Shown here piece after piece: positions 21,754 to 36,106 of a stretch of DNA of 64,000 nt (positions are counted from its first letter, which is position 1; every line of letters starts with the position of its first letter). The notes beneath the pieces were generated by a model, which did no database searches, was not told the origin of the DNA, and saw only the letters and a list, made by a program, of their open reading frames with translations. Origin of the DNA: Basidiobolus meristosporus CBS 931.73 (Eukaryota > Fungi > Basidiobolomycota); the NCBI GenBank assembly GCA_002104905.1, contig MCFE01000135.1, positions 1 to 64,000 on the forward strand. Direction: 5' to 3'. The translations under genes and the position numbers were made by a program.

Positions 21754-24700
21754 CCCTATGAAAAATAATTTGATCCCACAGATGGCTTCAATTCAGATCA
21801 GCAGTCAGGATCCTGTTAAGAGACCATCATGATACCAGCAGCTTAGAATTAGTGATCCTCTTAACAATCTTATGATGAGATCACAAAGGTGTTTTGCTAA
21901 TTTCACTACCAAATAAAGTGGCAAAACTTAGCAAGATTTGATTGGTGCTGTGACATTAATTCCATGGTATTGTTGTGGTCTTATTGTGCTCTACAACTAT
22001 TGTAAATGGATCCTACCAGCCAGAACATTTAATTGCCTTATATTGCAAGAAACATGATGGTATTTCAGCAGGCTTGCAGCAAGACTCTGATAGCATTATA
22101 TCAGCAGTATGGCGGCCTACAGCTGGTTCTGTATAATACTACTATACCAATTTACCAAATGGTATTTCCTTTTTCTACCTCCCCTTGTGCAATTCATATA
22201 TTCAACTGTAAAATCATCCCTCTTTATTTGCGTACCCACTACTACCTTGGGTATTCCACATATAGCTTGAATCAAAAAAAACTATGGCCTCCTGCTTACT
22301 AACCTCTACAAACATGCACTCCTGCCACAATTGACACACTTCTATCACCACAGCTTTATTACTTTTTAGTGTGATACTTGCAAAGTTGTGATATACCTTG
22401 TACTGCTGGTAACATATACATCTTGTAAACATATGCTAGATTGTTGCCACTTCTGCCATGAATACCTCCTAAATATCAGAAAAGAACTTCTCAGTATTTA
22501 GTCAATATACTCCTTCTCCCTGCTGGATTCTAGTCCCCCTTGTAGGTGCGCTCTAGCTCTTGTTTGCATGAAATCTGTATTGAATGGTGCAGAAGTTAGC
22601 TTGTGACCAAGAGAAATCTAGCATACCTTGGTACAATTTTCTTACTATAAATTGGTTGCTTGTTGCACCCAACCCAACTTTGCATTAATTGACTGATTAC
22701 CCATGCATTGGGGCTGTGTAGCTTCTTAATGCCATAGACACAGGTGTATCCATGTACACATTTGTCCTCAGTATTTTCCAACCCTTCCTGGCTGTCCTCC
22801 ATATGCCAACTCATCACATCCATGACAGTATTGAAGGCAATATTCTTGATGAAATTGGGATATGGTAGTACCTGCAGCTTGACTTGACTTCCTATCTCCC
22901 CACAGATCTGCTCTATAGGAAACTCCCTAAAGGTGAAGCAAAGCCCAATAATCTCCACACACAATGATAGATGGAGTCAAGAATGGATACAGTAGTGGCA
23001 GAGATCTATACGTTCAGCTTTATGTTTGTAGTATAGCTGCTCAAATCCTGTTACAAACTCCTTGCCCAACAGTGGTAGATGCGTCAAGTTGGCATTGGTG
23101 ATCCGCTTCTGGATAAATATTCCTATAATGTCCACATATGACTCCCAATGCTCCCAATGTACTCTTGGTAGGAATGGCTTCAGAACATCACTTGAATAGT
23201 TACATATCCAGTTCATTCAGTCTTTGCATTTTTATTGTTGCATATGTGTATGAATATTGATTGGAGGCCATGAGAAGTGCTTAGGGTAGCAGATACTCTG
23301 TAGTATCTTGCAAATTTTTTTGAATTTCTCCGGTATCTTGAAAGGCACACTTAGCTTGATATGCCCCATATACAACTTGGTCATCAGCATAGGGATATTG
23401 TTGAAAAGCAAATGCATTGCTCCCAGTGTAATGCTTTTGCTCCACAAGATATCCTTGATCTTAGGTATCTCTGGTTTCCAATTGATTCTATATTCCAGCC
23501 AATGGCTTATAGCTTGCCAAATTAGCCACAATTGCATGCTGACTTCTGTAAGTTCTCTCTGTGGAAAGATGATGTTCTTAGTGCTGGTGTTTGGGTAATA
23601 ATAATGTGTGTGAGTTATGGAGTAAATCCCCTGGATCTCATAAATTTGACAACAATACTGTCCATTGTGCCCAGAAAAACCTGGTATCTTGTTGATGGAT
23701 GGGGTATCTCCAATGCAGATAATAATATGCGCTTTTACATGACAGCCATTTACTGTTATCCCACTGGAAATCTTACAAAGCTCATCTAGCAATGGATACA
23801 GGTAGCTATCCAGGTTGGATGGGGATTCAGACCCAGATACCAATGAGACTACCATCAGATTATTGCTTTGATACCATAAGATGGGCAGCAGATTCAGATT
23901 GATGAGAAGCAGTGGCCAGCAGGATTTGCTGGTAGAGTACTTGTGTAATGAGAAGCCTTCAAGTGCTAAGGCAAAGGGATGGTCATACATACCTTCAAAG
24001 TAGCCCTTGCTTCTTAGCTGTTTGTAATGTTTGCCATCAAATATATTGGATATATTTGTGCTTGATTGAAACTGAGTGTTGTACTGCAGAGCTTTGCAAT
24101 ATTAATTGGACTGCATTAGCTTCCTCAGATGGGGCATTGCCAGAATACTTCCGGAGTGTGAAGATTGTTTTCCCTCAACAGAGGTGGATTCCTGACAATT
24201 TGGATATGTTGCAATGGTAGCATTTCTGGATGTGAATGCCATGCACTGCTAACACACACAGGAATCAGGACAGTCTCTGGATCATATGTTGCCAGCTGCA
24301 TAATGGTTGACTGCTTGTACTATGTCCATGGTAAGTTGCATCCTAGAATGATTTTGCCAAGAGGTAGTAGTAAATCCTCAAAGCCCCCATTACTGATATT
24401 AGTAAAAGCATGCCACTTCTCTAGCCACAACATTACATCATTCACCAGTAGATGGAGTACTGGGATCACTTGGCTCCACAAAGTATCCTTGGCATTTGTT
24501 TCAATGGGTGTTGTCTCATTGCATATTGGGATTTGACTGGGCTCATATGTGGTACTGTTGTTAGGGGAGATAGGCTTGCAATCCATCAGTGAACCTTCAT
24601 TGTCAGAGCTATCACTCTACATGACATATTCAGGAGGCTGAGGTGAGCCTAAAGGTGTCACAAACTCACCTGACTTAGTTTGTGCAAGGTGACAAAGACA

Positions 24701-26643
24701 GCCAGGTGCCAATATAGAAGTATCAACTGGTTGGCATGATAATGTTGGTACAGTAGTGACTGATGAATGGTCAAATATGACATGTGTGGCAAAACACTGG
24801 CTGTGATCCTTGTAATACTTCCTATGCTGTCTGCATGCTTCATGGCTGAGAGGCTTGCTACAATAGCCACATGATCTTTCTTCTCTTCTCTTACAGCATT
24901 GAGTCAAATAGTCTTATCCATGGGGCAAACAGTTTGACCTTCATCAACATAACACTATTATATCACTTTTTGGTCAATACTCATGTGTTTTTAAGACAGT
25001 CTTGTATCTGAGACATTAAACCTACATGAGTGTAACATTCAATGATGACCTACCATAGTGAGCATCATAAATAAAGTTGTGGCACCACATACACACATGT
25101 ATGTGACACTATTTCCCCTTTGGTCTAACTCACTTCCATGTATATGCTGCCAGAAAATAAACCATTGTCATCTGGTTCCCAACTAAACCCCACTGTTGCC
25201 AGCAACAGAAGAATGGTTGGATAACAGCTTACTTTAACACCCAGTGCAACTAGCAGGGCTATATTGAAAAAAGGCCATGTTGACGTTGTGCCCCACTGAA
25301 GGGAACAAGGCTGACTTACCATGTTAACTATCATGCTCAAACAGATGAGAATATAGCAAACACAGTACCTTTGGCAAAGGCCAACAAATGACCATCATAT
25401 TGTCACCACCACCTGTATTAACAAGTATCTTGTCAGCTGATATTCAAGAGTCAATCAGAGGTCTAGCATGGATCACCTTGAGTCTGGCACCCCATGGGAC
25501 CATCAGGAACTCAAGGTCAAGCACAATGTGCTTGACTAGTTCCATGAGCATTATCCTGGATTCAAGCAAGCAAACAGATCTTGGACCAGCTTTGATATGC
25601 TAAGAGAGTATCTCAAGAATAGCAGAAACCATCAAAGACAGAAGAACAAGGGGGCAATGGCTAAGTTCAACAGCTTTGTCACAAGCATGTTACAAGCAGG
25701 GCTGAAAGCTCTAAGCAGGTAACAAAGAAATGTCAGATAGCCAGAAGACTACCAGTGAGGGACAGGTATGCAGAAACAGATGCATCAGTGCAGTATTTGT
25801 TAAGGAGAAGACATAGCTCAATACAAAAAGCACTCAGTTGCAGTAGCAGTAGAGGACTTGACAGTGATAAAACCCACAGCTTTCTCAGAAGCCTGCCACA
25901 AGCAGGGTTGATACTTCTATGCAAGCTGCAAAGACACATTAGTTCTCTGGTAGAGTGCTGGAAAGGGATAAGCAGGCAAAGACAGATTCTCCAGTACAGC
26001 AGTCATCAAGGAGAAAACAGAGAACAATACAAGATGTACTCACTCAAAACAGTGGTGAAAGACTTAACAGTCATCAAGATAAAGGTAAAGAGAAAAAGGT
26101 CCACCCATGCCAGAGACATGGAAACAAGAGAAAAAAGCTGCAGCTCTCACCAATCAATGCCTTCAGCCCAGAACAGGCTGAATTCTATCATAGCCAAGAA
26201 GAACTACCAACTCAAAAACGCCTGTTTTCTAGAGAGTTGGAGCACAGCCATCTGAGCTACACTCCAGTGGGGCAGATATGTTTGTAGAGAAAAGCAATTT
26301 GTAGCAACTGCTTCCACATTTTTCATTGTAGACAGAGTGGAAATCTCACTGAAAGACAAAGTAATAATGTCAAGAACTTGGAAGACTATCAAAATGCCTG
26401 CAGTGGAATATCAGAACATTATTGTGCACACCTAGAGGTTACAGCAGCAATTCAAGAGCAGTCCACAAGAAAATATATGGAACATAGCAAGGATTTATTG
26501 CAAAGACTGGCAGATGAGATGTTAGACCTTTAAGTGCTGGCTGATGACCAGGACATATGAGAACCAGCAAATGAGCAGTGGCAAAAAGCTGCAGGGTTCC
26601 TGCTGATGTCATGCAAGAAGGGCTTTACAACAGAAGAACTTAT

Positions 26644-29600
26644 TGTTATGAATAGACACAAGGCAGGAGAGTAGGGCTAGGCAAGGCAGGACCAAGAAAG
26701 AACCTAGGTGTGGATCAACAAGGTAAGGCATGTTTCCAAGGCAAGGCTGCTTATTCCAGACCAGGTGTTTAACAGACTGAGGAATACATAAGGGGGGATA
26801 GGACTATAAATACTTTTTGGCAATATAGATACCAAGAGATATTGGCTAATACTGATGGAGTTCTGGGGTGAGGCGCAGTAAGTGTGCCAAGATAGAAATA
26901 TACTAAAGTACAAACTAGAATATCACATGGAGATATGTCATGGGTTGGCTGATCATGTGACTAGGTCATATGACATGTAATTAGCATACAGGGTATGGGA
27001 CTACATAAGTTCCAATGGGAAGCTTCTGTAGAATGTTCCATTGTGTAATGTTGACTTGGAGCTTTCAAGAAGTTGCTAGAATGTAGTAGAACCTTCTAGA
27101 AGGAATTTGGGTTTCTTTGCTGACTTGAGTTTGCTTGATAATTGTAGGCCAGGGATGACATGTGATCATGACACTATTCATCTCTTTTAAGGGGCTCTCC
27201 TCAAGCTTTGAGCATAAAGTATTTCCAGAATTTTGATATGAACTGGGGTCCTCTATTGGATACAGGGTTGCTTGGGACACCATCAAGCCAGAAAATGTTG
27301 TTGATTACTAGACTTGTTCCATTGGATAGTACCACATTGAGTCATGAGTACCAAATGATGCCATAGTGTGCCAGGGAGGCCCAGTGAGCCCATACTTGGC
27401 CACAGAGTGTGAAACATAGCTCTGCATCTTCACGTAAAGCAGCCCCTGTGTTTCACCCATTGTGCTGGAGAAAATCTATTTTTTGGCCTTTTCTTGATCA
27501 ATGGTGTGCAGGATGTGTAAGAGCACAAAGAATCAAAGATATGCATCTGGTACTTAATACCTATGACACTCTAAATCTAGCTCCTGTGGCTTGTAACATG
27601 TCACAAAACTGCACAACACTATCTTGGTCTACTGGTACTATCTGGCACTATAAGTGCTTTGTATAGGTCTTACTTTAGGGCTAATAATTAAATATAGTGC
27701 CAGATAGTACCAGTGGACCAAGACAGTGCCATGCATTTTTGTGACATGTTACAAGCCACAGGAGCTAGATTCAGAGTGCCATGGATATTGAGTACCAGAT
27801 GCATGTCTTCAATTCTCCTGTGCTCTTACAAATCTTGAACTACATTGATCCACAAAAAAAGGTCAAAAAATGGATTTTCTCCTGCACAATGGGTGAAACA
27901 CAGGGGCTACTTTGCATGAAGATGCAGAGCTATGTTTTATATTCTGTGGCCAAGTATAGGTTCACTTGACCTCTTGGGCACACAATGGCTTCATTTGGCA
28001 CTCATGACTCAATGTAGCACTATCCAACAGAACAAGTCTACTAGGTTGGCAGTCCCCTTGGCATCTATATTCTTGGAGCAGGGAATGAAGTGAGCCATCT
28101 TTGTAAGTCAATCTGCCACTACCGGGACTGAATTAAATTGCAGGGACTTTGGGAGGTTGGTTATGAAATCCATTGAAACTGACTTCAATTGCTGGTCAGG
28201 AATTGGCAAGGGTTGAAGAAGTCCATATGGCTGGTGTCTGTCAGATTTTGCACAATTACATGTATCACAGGATTGGAGGTACTACTTGACAAGGGATATC
28301 ATCTTGGGCCACCAGAAGTCTCTCTTGATTGCATGCATAGCTTTGGCAGTACCAAAATGTCCTGCAGCCATTGCATCATGGCAAGAGTGGATGAAATCTA
28401 ACTAGGTATCAAGGTCTGGGACAAACAGTTGGTGCTGGTGATAGATGATGTCATTGACTAGATGTAGGTGCTGGAGGTTTGGGAACTTGGGGGGTGAGTC
28501 AGTGGGAGAGCTGAGGTATTTCTTGACTGTTGCCACTGTGGAGTTGGTGACTTGGCTGGTCTTGACTTTCTCAAGGAGTAGAGGAGCTATAATACTGGGG
28601 GACTGGGTTGCAAGGAGCTCAAAAGGTCTTTTGTGGAGTACAAGGTTCCTCATTTGTCAACAGGCATCATCCACTTCTTCAAGGGAATACTCCATCTTTC
28701 TGGACTGGACATCTGGTTTTCCTTGCTTCACACCAGGTCTATAGGTGATTACAAAGTCAAAGCTAGACAGGAAGAGGGACAATCTGGCTTGTCTCTGGCT
28801 CAGTTCTTTTGAGGTGGTAAAGTACTCCAGGTTCTTGTGGTCAAAGAAGATCTTTATCTTTTGAGCTGTACCATCAAGGTAGTGTCTCCTTTTTTCAGAG
28901 GCAACAATGATTGCAAGTAGTTCCTGGTCATAGATATCATAGTATACTTCAGCTGGAGTAAATTTTTTCATGTAGAATGCAATAGGGTGTGTCACATTCC
29001 TGTCATCATACTAGGAAAGGATAGCACCAAGGGCAAGGTCTGAGGCATCAGTTTTTATGATAAATGGTCCCTCAAGGTCAGGGTGGGCAAGCAGTGGGGC
29101 ATACTGGAAGGATATCTTGATAGAATCAAGGGACTCAGACTGCTCCTTATTACAGTCAAAGGGCAGACTTTTCTTGGTGAGCTTTGTCAATGGAGTGACT
29201 ATCTTGGAGTAGTTGGCAATGAATCTGTGGTAGAAGTTGGCAAATCCAAGGAAGGATTGGAATTTATTTACAGAGCAGGAGGTTTGCCAGGATTGGATGG
29301 CTTCTACTTTCTTGGTGTCCATTCTTGTTCCATTTGAGCTTATAAGATAACCTAGGAGCTCAACTTCTTTCTGGCCAAACTCACATTTTTCCAGTTTGGC
29401 ATAGAGGCCAGCAGTGTCAAGCTTAGTCAAGACTTTCTTCACATGGGAATTATGTTCTTCTTCAGTCTTGGAATAGATCAGGATATTATCAAGGTAGATA
29501 ACCACCAATTGGTCAAGGTACTACTGGAATATATCATTCATCAGGTGTTGAAAGACAGCTGGGGCATTGGTGAGGCCAAATGGCATTACATTATATTCAA

Positions 29601-32484
29601 AGTGACCATATCTTGTTCTGAACACAGTTTTCCATTCATGACCAGGTTTGATCCTGACAAAGTTATATGCTCCTCTGAGGTCAATCTTAATAAATACTTT
29701 TGCAGCAGAGAGTTGATCCAACAGGGTGTTGATCAGGGGCAAAGGGTACTGGTTCTTGGTTGTGATCTTATTCAGTGCACAGTAGTGTACACACATTGTT
29801 ATGGTACCATCATTTTTTTTTGACAAAGAGGATTGGGGCACCAGCTGGGGACTTAGAATGCTGAATAGAATCTTTCTGGGGGTTTTCTTAGATATAGCCA
29901 TTGCATTCTTTCAACTCAGGTTGCAAGAGGTTATAGATAGGGCCAAGAGGTGGGGATCTCCATCTTCAAGGTCAATGGGACAGTCATATGGTCTATGTGC
30001 TGGGTGTAGTTTTGCTTTCTTCTTATCAAAGACATGGGCAAACTCTTGGTACTTGGCAGGTATTCCATTGGAGGGAGCTCCTTCAGTGATGCTGGGTTCT
30101 TGCATATGGGGTAGCTTGGTGAAAGATACTTCTCACTTAAGAATTTAGGTGCTTTCATGGAGTAGATATGATGGACTCAGGGAAATGTTAGAGTTTTGGT
30201 CTTCTAGATGATTGGTGGGTTATGGTGACTTAGCCATGAGCTTCCAAGGACTATGGAGTAGTGGGGAGAGTTGATAATATAAAAGGCTAGTGTCTTATGG
30301 TGACCAGTGCTGGACAGCTGGAGTAGACATGTCTCATAGGTAACAGCACTGGAGGAGAGGGATTTTTCATCTATAACTTCTGCTTGGACAGGACAGGATT
30401 TCAGGATAGTGGGGATTTGTGCTTCTGGACAAGGGACTTGTGAGTAAAACTGGAGGAAGCACCAGAATATATGAGGGCAAGAACATTGACAGGACTGTAT
30501 TCAGGGATATGGATGTTGACAAGCATTCTTAAGGACTGGATGGACTTGGTAGCATATGATGTTTCCTGAATGTATTGAATTTTCATTGGAGGGTCCAGTT
30601 GCAAGCCTGTCATTGTAACTGGACACTGGAGCTTCCCAACAGCTCTGGAGAAGGCTGTTCACTTGATGATAGCAGGAGTTTGAAGCTGGACTTCTTGTAG
30701 GGACAAGACTTGGCAAAATGGCTTGGTTGGCCACAGTAAAGGTAGAGGTTTGCCTATTATTGTCTGGATCTTTTTTCTTTTGTAAGTTTCTTGTAGTTGG
30801 TACTATCAATTTGCATAGGATCATCAGGCTTAGTACTGGTTGACTGGATTACTGGGAAGGAGGTTGGCTGATAAGTATGTTGGAACTTTTGTTTCTTCTG
30901 GAAAATGTAATTGTCACATTGGATTGCTTAATATATAGCTTCACTCAAGGTAGTTGGGTCAGGAAGTGTGAATAGTAGGTCACTGACTTCATTGTTGAGT
31001 CCATCTTGAAACTGACCAACTAGGGCAGCATCACCCCAAAGGCTCAAGTCACCAGCCAGCAGGTGGAATTCAGAAGCATAGGCAGATACAGGTCTGTTTC
31101 CTTGCTTCAAGTTCTGTTGGCAGCAGTTATGGCTTGGTAAATGTTGCCAAATGTTAGCCCTATTTCTGTGAGGAAGTCATGGTAGTCACTGAGTAGAGGG
31201 AAGTTGGTTTCCACCAGAGGGGAAAACAATTTCTGGGCAGTTCCATTGAGTAGATTGGAGATATATTCAACCATTGCTTGATCTGTTGGGAACCAATTGG
31301 GTTGTAACAACAAGTAGTGTTTCCCTATGTTGATAAGACCTTGGAACTCAATTTGGGAGCCACTGAACTTGGTAGTGGAAGTGATCTTGGGATCATGGTA
31401 GGAGGGAGTATGAATAGGCTGTTGAGTATTTTGGCTCTGAAGCTGAGCTTCAGTGTTTATGAGGTCTGCATTGTCTTGTTGATACTGGGGCAAAGGCAGC
31501 CATGATGCTTGCAAAGTTATACTCTGGACTGGACATGTTTGGGGAGCAGGAGGTGGAGAGATTTCTTGAGCTTGTTCAGGAATACTGGATACTACTAGCT
31601 AATATGTGGGTTATTAAGCCACTAGTTTGTCAAGAATAGCATTATTGAGCTACAATCATCAACTTTGAATAATTTAGCATCTCTTCAGAAGGTACTGGCT
31701 ATAATGTCCTCTGATGGAGTATTGTACTAGAGCTTCCAATACTGTAACAACTGTAAGCTACACTATCAGGGTAATAAAGTGAATGCAGCTTGGGCCAATA
31801 TTTTTACAAAGATAAAGTATATTTGCCTTTAGAGGACAAGACAAGGGAAAGATTCAGGGTGATACTTATGGTAGGCATTCCTTTACAAGTTCTTCTCAAG
31901 AACTTTGGGTAGAAGGCAGAGATCCACAGGTAAGTCAAGAGTAGTCTGATAGAGCTGTTATGAATTGACACTAGGCAGGAGTGTAGGGCTAGGCAAGACA
32001 GGACCAGGAAAGGACTTAGTTGTGGATCAACAAGGCAAGGTGTGTTTCCAAGGCAAGGCTGCTTATTCAAGACCAGGTGTTTATCAGACTGAGGAATATA
32101 TAAGGGGGGATAGAACTATATATACTTTTGGCAATATGGATGCCAAGATATATTGGCCAATACTGATGGAGTTCTGGGGTGAGGCACAGTAAGTGTGCCA
32201 AGATAGAAATACACTAAAGAACAAACTAGAATATCACATGGGGATATGTCAGGGGCTGGCTGATCATATGACCAGGTCATATGACATGTAACTACCATAT
32301 AGGGTATGGAACTACATAAATTCTAATGGGAGGCTTCCATATAATGTTCCATTGTGTAATGTTGACTTGGAGCTTTCAAGAAGTTGCTAGAATGTAGTAA
32401 AACCTTCTAGAAGGAACTTGGATTTCTTTACTGACTTGAGTTGGCATGGTAATTGGAGGCCAGGGATGACTTGTGATTATGACA
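26644..32484 (-). mobile_element. Ty3/gypsy LTR retrotransposon, degenerate; LTRs 26644-27173 and 31956-32484, TSD CTTAT
   Basis: The LTRs run TGTTATGA...TCATGACA/TTATGACA, with CTTAT on both flanks. Minus-strand remnants cover gag (TKFSGSQIEF), protease, RT ([22 protein letters not shown]), RNase H (IKTDASDLALGAIL) and a truncated integrase. The paralogous empty site near 43880 has a single CTTAT. Confidence 0.9.
27310..28039. mobile_element. Foldback MITE copy A (730 bp), TSD ACT, inserted in the gypsy integrase
   Basis: About 340-bp inverted arms surround a spacer of about 40 bp. Termini are AGACTTGTTC...GAACAAGTCT, with ACT on both sides. Confidence 0.9.
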
Positions 32485-32879
32485 CTTATTAACTGGTGAA
32501 TTTTAAAGGAGTTACTTGTTAAGTGTGGGGTTGGGTTTGATGTAAGTTCTAGGTAAAGGGTCTCTTATAGACCAATACAACTGGCAATTGAGGCATAACT
32601 GTAGTTTCCATTGGAGCAAGTCAATTTCTCAGCATGCAAAGTAAGAGAATTAGCTGAGTCAGAAAGTAGGGATTGTGAAAAGTGGCAATAGCCAATAGAC
32701 TTGTTCTGTTGGATAGTGCCACATAGTGCCAGCATGTTTATAGTGCCAGATCAATCTGGCACCCTATGGCACTATCTGGCACTGTAATTTCTACCATGAT
32801 GCCAGTGGTATGATACAGTTACTGGTAATTTTACTCAATCTTACTTATGTTGCTCAGAATAGTGCTTTCCTTGCTTTAT

Positions 32880-34501
32880 TTACTCTTCATAATGCTCCAG
32901 ACACATTTCTCTCAGTGGATGTCTTCTTGTGTGAGCATACTGTGCATTAATAAGTATCTTGACTATTTTACCTATTAGACTTGTTCCGTTGGATAGTGCC
33001 ACATTGAGCCATGAGTGCCAAATGATGCCATAGTGTGCCAGAGAAGCCAAGTGAGCCTCTACCTGGCCACAGAGTGTGAAACATAGCTCTGCATCTTCAT
33101 GCATAGCAGCCCCTGTGTTTCACCCATTGCGCAGGAGAAAATCCATTTTTTGACCTTTTTTTTTGGATCAATGTTGTGCAGGATGTGTTTGAGCACAAGC
33201 AGAATGACAATATGCATCTGGTACTCAATACCCATGGCACTCTGAATCTAGCTCCTGTAGCTTGTATCATGTCACAAAAATGAATGGCACTATCTTGGTC
33301 CACTGGCACTATCTGGCACTATAAGTGCATTGTATAGATCTTACTTTAGGGCTAATATTTAAATATAGTGCCAGATAGTGCCAGTGGACCAAGATAGTGC
33401 CATTCATTTTTGTGACATGATACAAGCTACAGGAGCTAGATTCAGAGTGCCATGGGCATTGAGTACCAGATGCATATCTTCAGTTCTCCTGTGCTCTTGC
33501 ACATCCTGAGCTACATTGATCCACAAAAAAAGGTCAAAAAATGGATTTTCTCCTGCGCAATGGGTGAAACACAGGGGCTGCTATGCATGAAGATGCAGAG
33601 CTATGTTTCATACTCTGTGGCCAGGTAGAGGCTCACTTGGCCTCTCTGGCATACCATGGCATCATTTGGCACTCATGGCTCAATGTGGCACTATCCAACA
33701 GAACAAGTCTATTCTGCTGTCTTCTCCTATATATGACTTTCCTGTATATTTACCTGCCAATATGCTGAATCTCTTCAGATATCCAAATGTGTGATCTACA
33801 CTCACTCTGAAGTGATTAAATATCTCATTGTAGAGCTTCTGCTTTCTGCTAGGCACACGATTCCTTGGCTTCCTATAAGCTGTAATACATCCTAATCTGT
33901 GACAATCCTCTCCTATATAGGATATGTCTGCCATATATTTCTCCCCTCTACTGAATTCAGGATGATTCTCTACCCAGAGTGCTTTGTCACGCCTACTTCC
34001 AGCAAATGGCCCACTAGACCAGATGATGTTACCCTCAATGTCAGACAGTGCTTGAAACTTCACACAGTGTGCCTTGTACTTGCCAGAATAAAAGTGCCTC
34101 TGCCTTCTAGAAGGTCTGTAAATCCTCACTGGGAAGGTATCCAAAATACTCCTGATATGGAACCTGTTGCTGAACACTCTGGGATATGTAAGTCTATTGG
34201 AGCTTCTGAACCTAGTATTCCAAGCTTGCTCTAAGTCATTCATACACTCTGCAAGGTGATTCTCCATTGCTGTCAGCTGCAAATGAAAGCTACTAGGACT
34301 TTTGTGGTCATGGATTGTGGGATTAAACCTTGTAGGGCAATAGTTCTTGTAATAGCAGAGAAGCTTAACAAGGGATCTCCTTGAGTAGATTGGGGTAGAT
34401 GGTCCACAATACTTGGAATAGATCTCCTCTAGTGTGTCAAAAGGAAATCCAGTGGTAGTGATGGGATTGATGAGAAAAGACCATTCAGATGAGTAAGTCA
34501 T
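32880..34501 (-). pseudogene. DDE_Tnp_4 (Harbinger-type) transposase, 294 aa once MITE B is removed
   Basis: Motifs are ILDTFP, FYSGKYKAHCVKFQALSDIEG, SGPFAGSRRD, YMADISY and RVSVDHTFGYLKRF. Removing 32977-33710 plus one ATT restores one stop-free frame reading ...GEDSR-IGKIVKILINAQYAHTRRHPLR... Confidence 0.88.
32977..33710. mobile_element. Foldback MITE copy B (734 bp), TSD ATT, inserted in the transposase gene of its putative master element
   Basis: Near-perfect inverted arms of about 345 bp with the same termini and spacer as copy A. ATT lies at 32974-32976 and 33711-33713. Confidence 0.92.
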
Positions 34502-34763
34502 ATTAAAATTGGTGGATGATTATATGGAGGTTGTTTGAATTGATTTGGCGCAATCAGCGTTATTTATCTGATTTTTAATGCATTATGATTAAATCTTAAT
34601 TAATTGCAATATATTGCATCATTATGTTGCAAAAATCATCTGCAAACAATGCCTTGGTACTTTTATTGATGCTTTACTCATAGGTCCATAATCAAATAGG
34701 AAATCTGCAATTGATGTGATCTGATCCATATCAATGCAATCCAAGATGCATCATGCATAATAT

Positions 34764-36106
34764 ATGGAAAATTCAACAATCACATTGGTTGTTATTTATG
34801 TTTCATATAAGACCATGTTGATGCCAATATACTGCTGTATAAGTATCCAAATCTGTTGCTATAGTCCCCATACCAAGTCTCAACTCATCTTTAGTACAAC
34901 CCAGACAAAACCCATCCCCCAGCTCACAAGCACAGTCTGGACCAAAAAATTTGATGTTGGATCCATTCAAGTTCTTGCCAAAGATTTTAGTATGGCCCAA
35001 GTGTCTATGTTGAGCCTTCATACAGATATTTGGGCACTACTGATTAATCTAGCAGAACTAGATAGCTCAGAGAGTCAACAAAGATGGAAGAATTTGAGTA
35101 GAAAGCTGTAGCATGAGTTCTACATTAAGATGCCAACCAATGTATGTAAGAAGATACATAACAAGACAAGTATTGAAATCAAGAATGAGCTGAGAGTGAG
35201 GGGATTGGATGAAGTAGCTGCGCAGGAACAATTTTGCGTGCAATTTGCACAGTACAGGCCGGACATGTCTGTTTGTGCCTCAACTTTGGGAACCAAAGAG
35301 ATTTTGAGTGAGTTTTGCCTCAAATGACTAATGTACTACGTGATATATTAGTAGAGCTAAGTGGCTTCCAAGAGCAACATACACAGGACTCATCCAGGCA
35401 ACAGCTCTAAAGTATCAGATATAGGGTAAGTGAGTACCTTGAGGAATCAGATGGTGAGCTTCATGAAGAAGAATACAGACTGCAAGCAACATTGTCCAGA
35501 TTGCACCAGCACACCTTGCTGGATTCCTTACCATCTCTTGTAACCACAGCGCACCAGCGCACATCAGTCCAGACCATGCCAACACCTTTTACCAGAACAC
35601 TCCACATTGAGTCAATGCGCATTGGGTCAATGCATGCACTTCAGAGCAAAACCACCAGAACTTGCCAAACTGCTCATTTAGATACAAGTCTATTAGAGCA
35701 GACCAAGTTGCGTCAACATGCAGCATCACATCAAACTTAGCCAAGGGCCATCACAACTTGTCAAGTTGTGCCTGCGTGTGCGGTTTTGCCTGAACATCAG
35801 CAAGTTACATCTGGTGAACTAACTGATGATGACCAACATGAAGTGCCTCAACCATCAGAGCCCTTAGCAAGTAAAAGAACATGTCAGCGCGTGGCACTCC
35901 AGGCCGGTTCAGTTGGTTCAGTTGGAGCAATTCAGCGCGGCCAAGCTGCAGCATTGCACTCATCAACTAGGAGGCAAAATACTGACTACAAATACACCAG
36001 TAGCCAAGATGATAGTCAGCCAGGAAGTAGTATAGGTGTGCAAAGTAAGTCACTACCAAACGCTTCAGTAGTAATCCCTGTGAGAAAAATACCCAGGAGA
36101 AGATGA
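34764..36106 (+). pseudogene. ORF2 of the Harbinger-type element (unknown function; contains a SAP/HeH-like segment)
   Basis: ORFs 34764-35111 and 35130-35327 are in the same frame, separated by one TAG. KTSIEIKNELRVRGL resembles a SAP/HeH helix motif (inference). The downstream part is low-complexity. Confidence 0.5.

Noticed and set aside
32976-33711. Alternative reading of the foldback elements as TA-TSD (Tc1/mariner) MITEs
   Set aside because: TA would fit copies A and B. However, matching 3-bp flanks differ per insertion (ACT, ATT, AAT, AAT), copy C lacks the right TA, and the empty site supports ANT.
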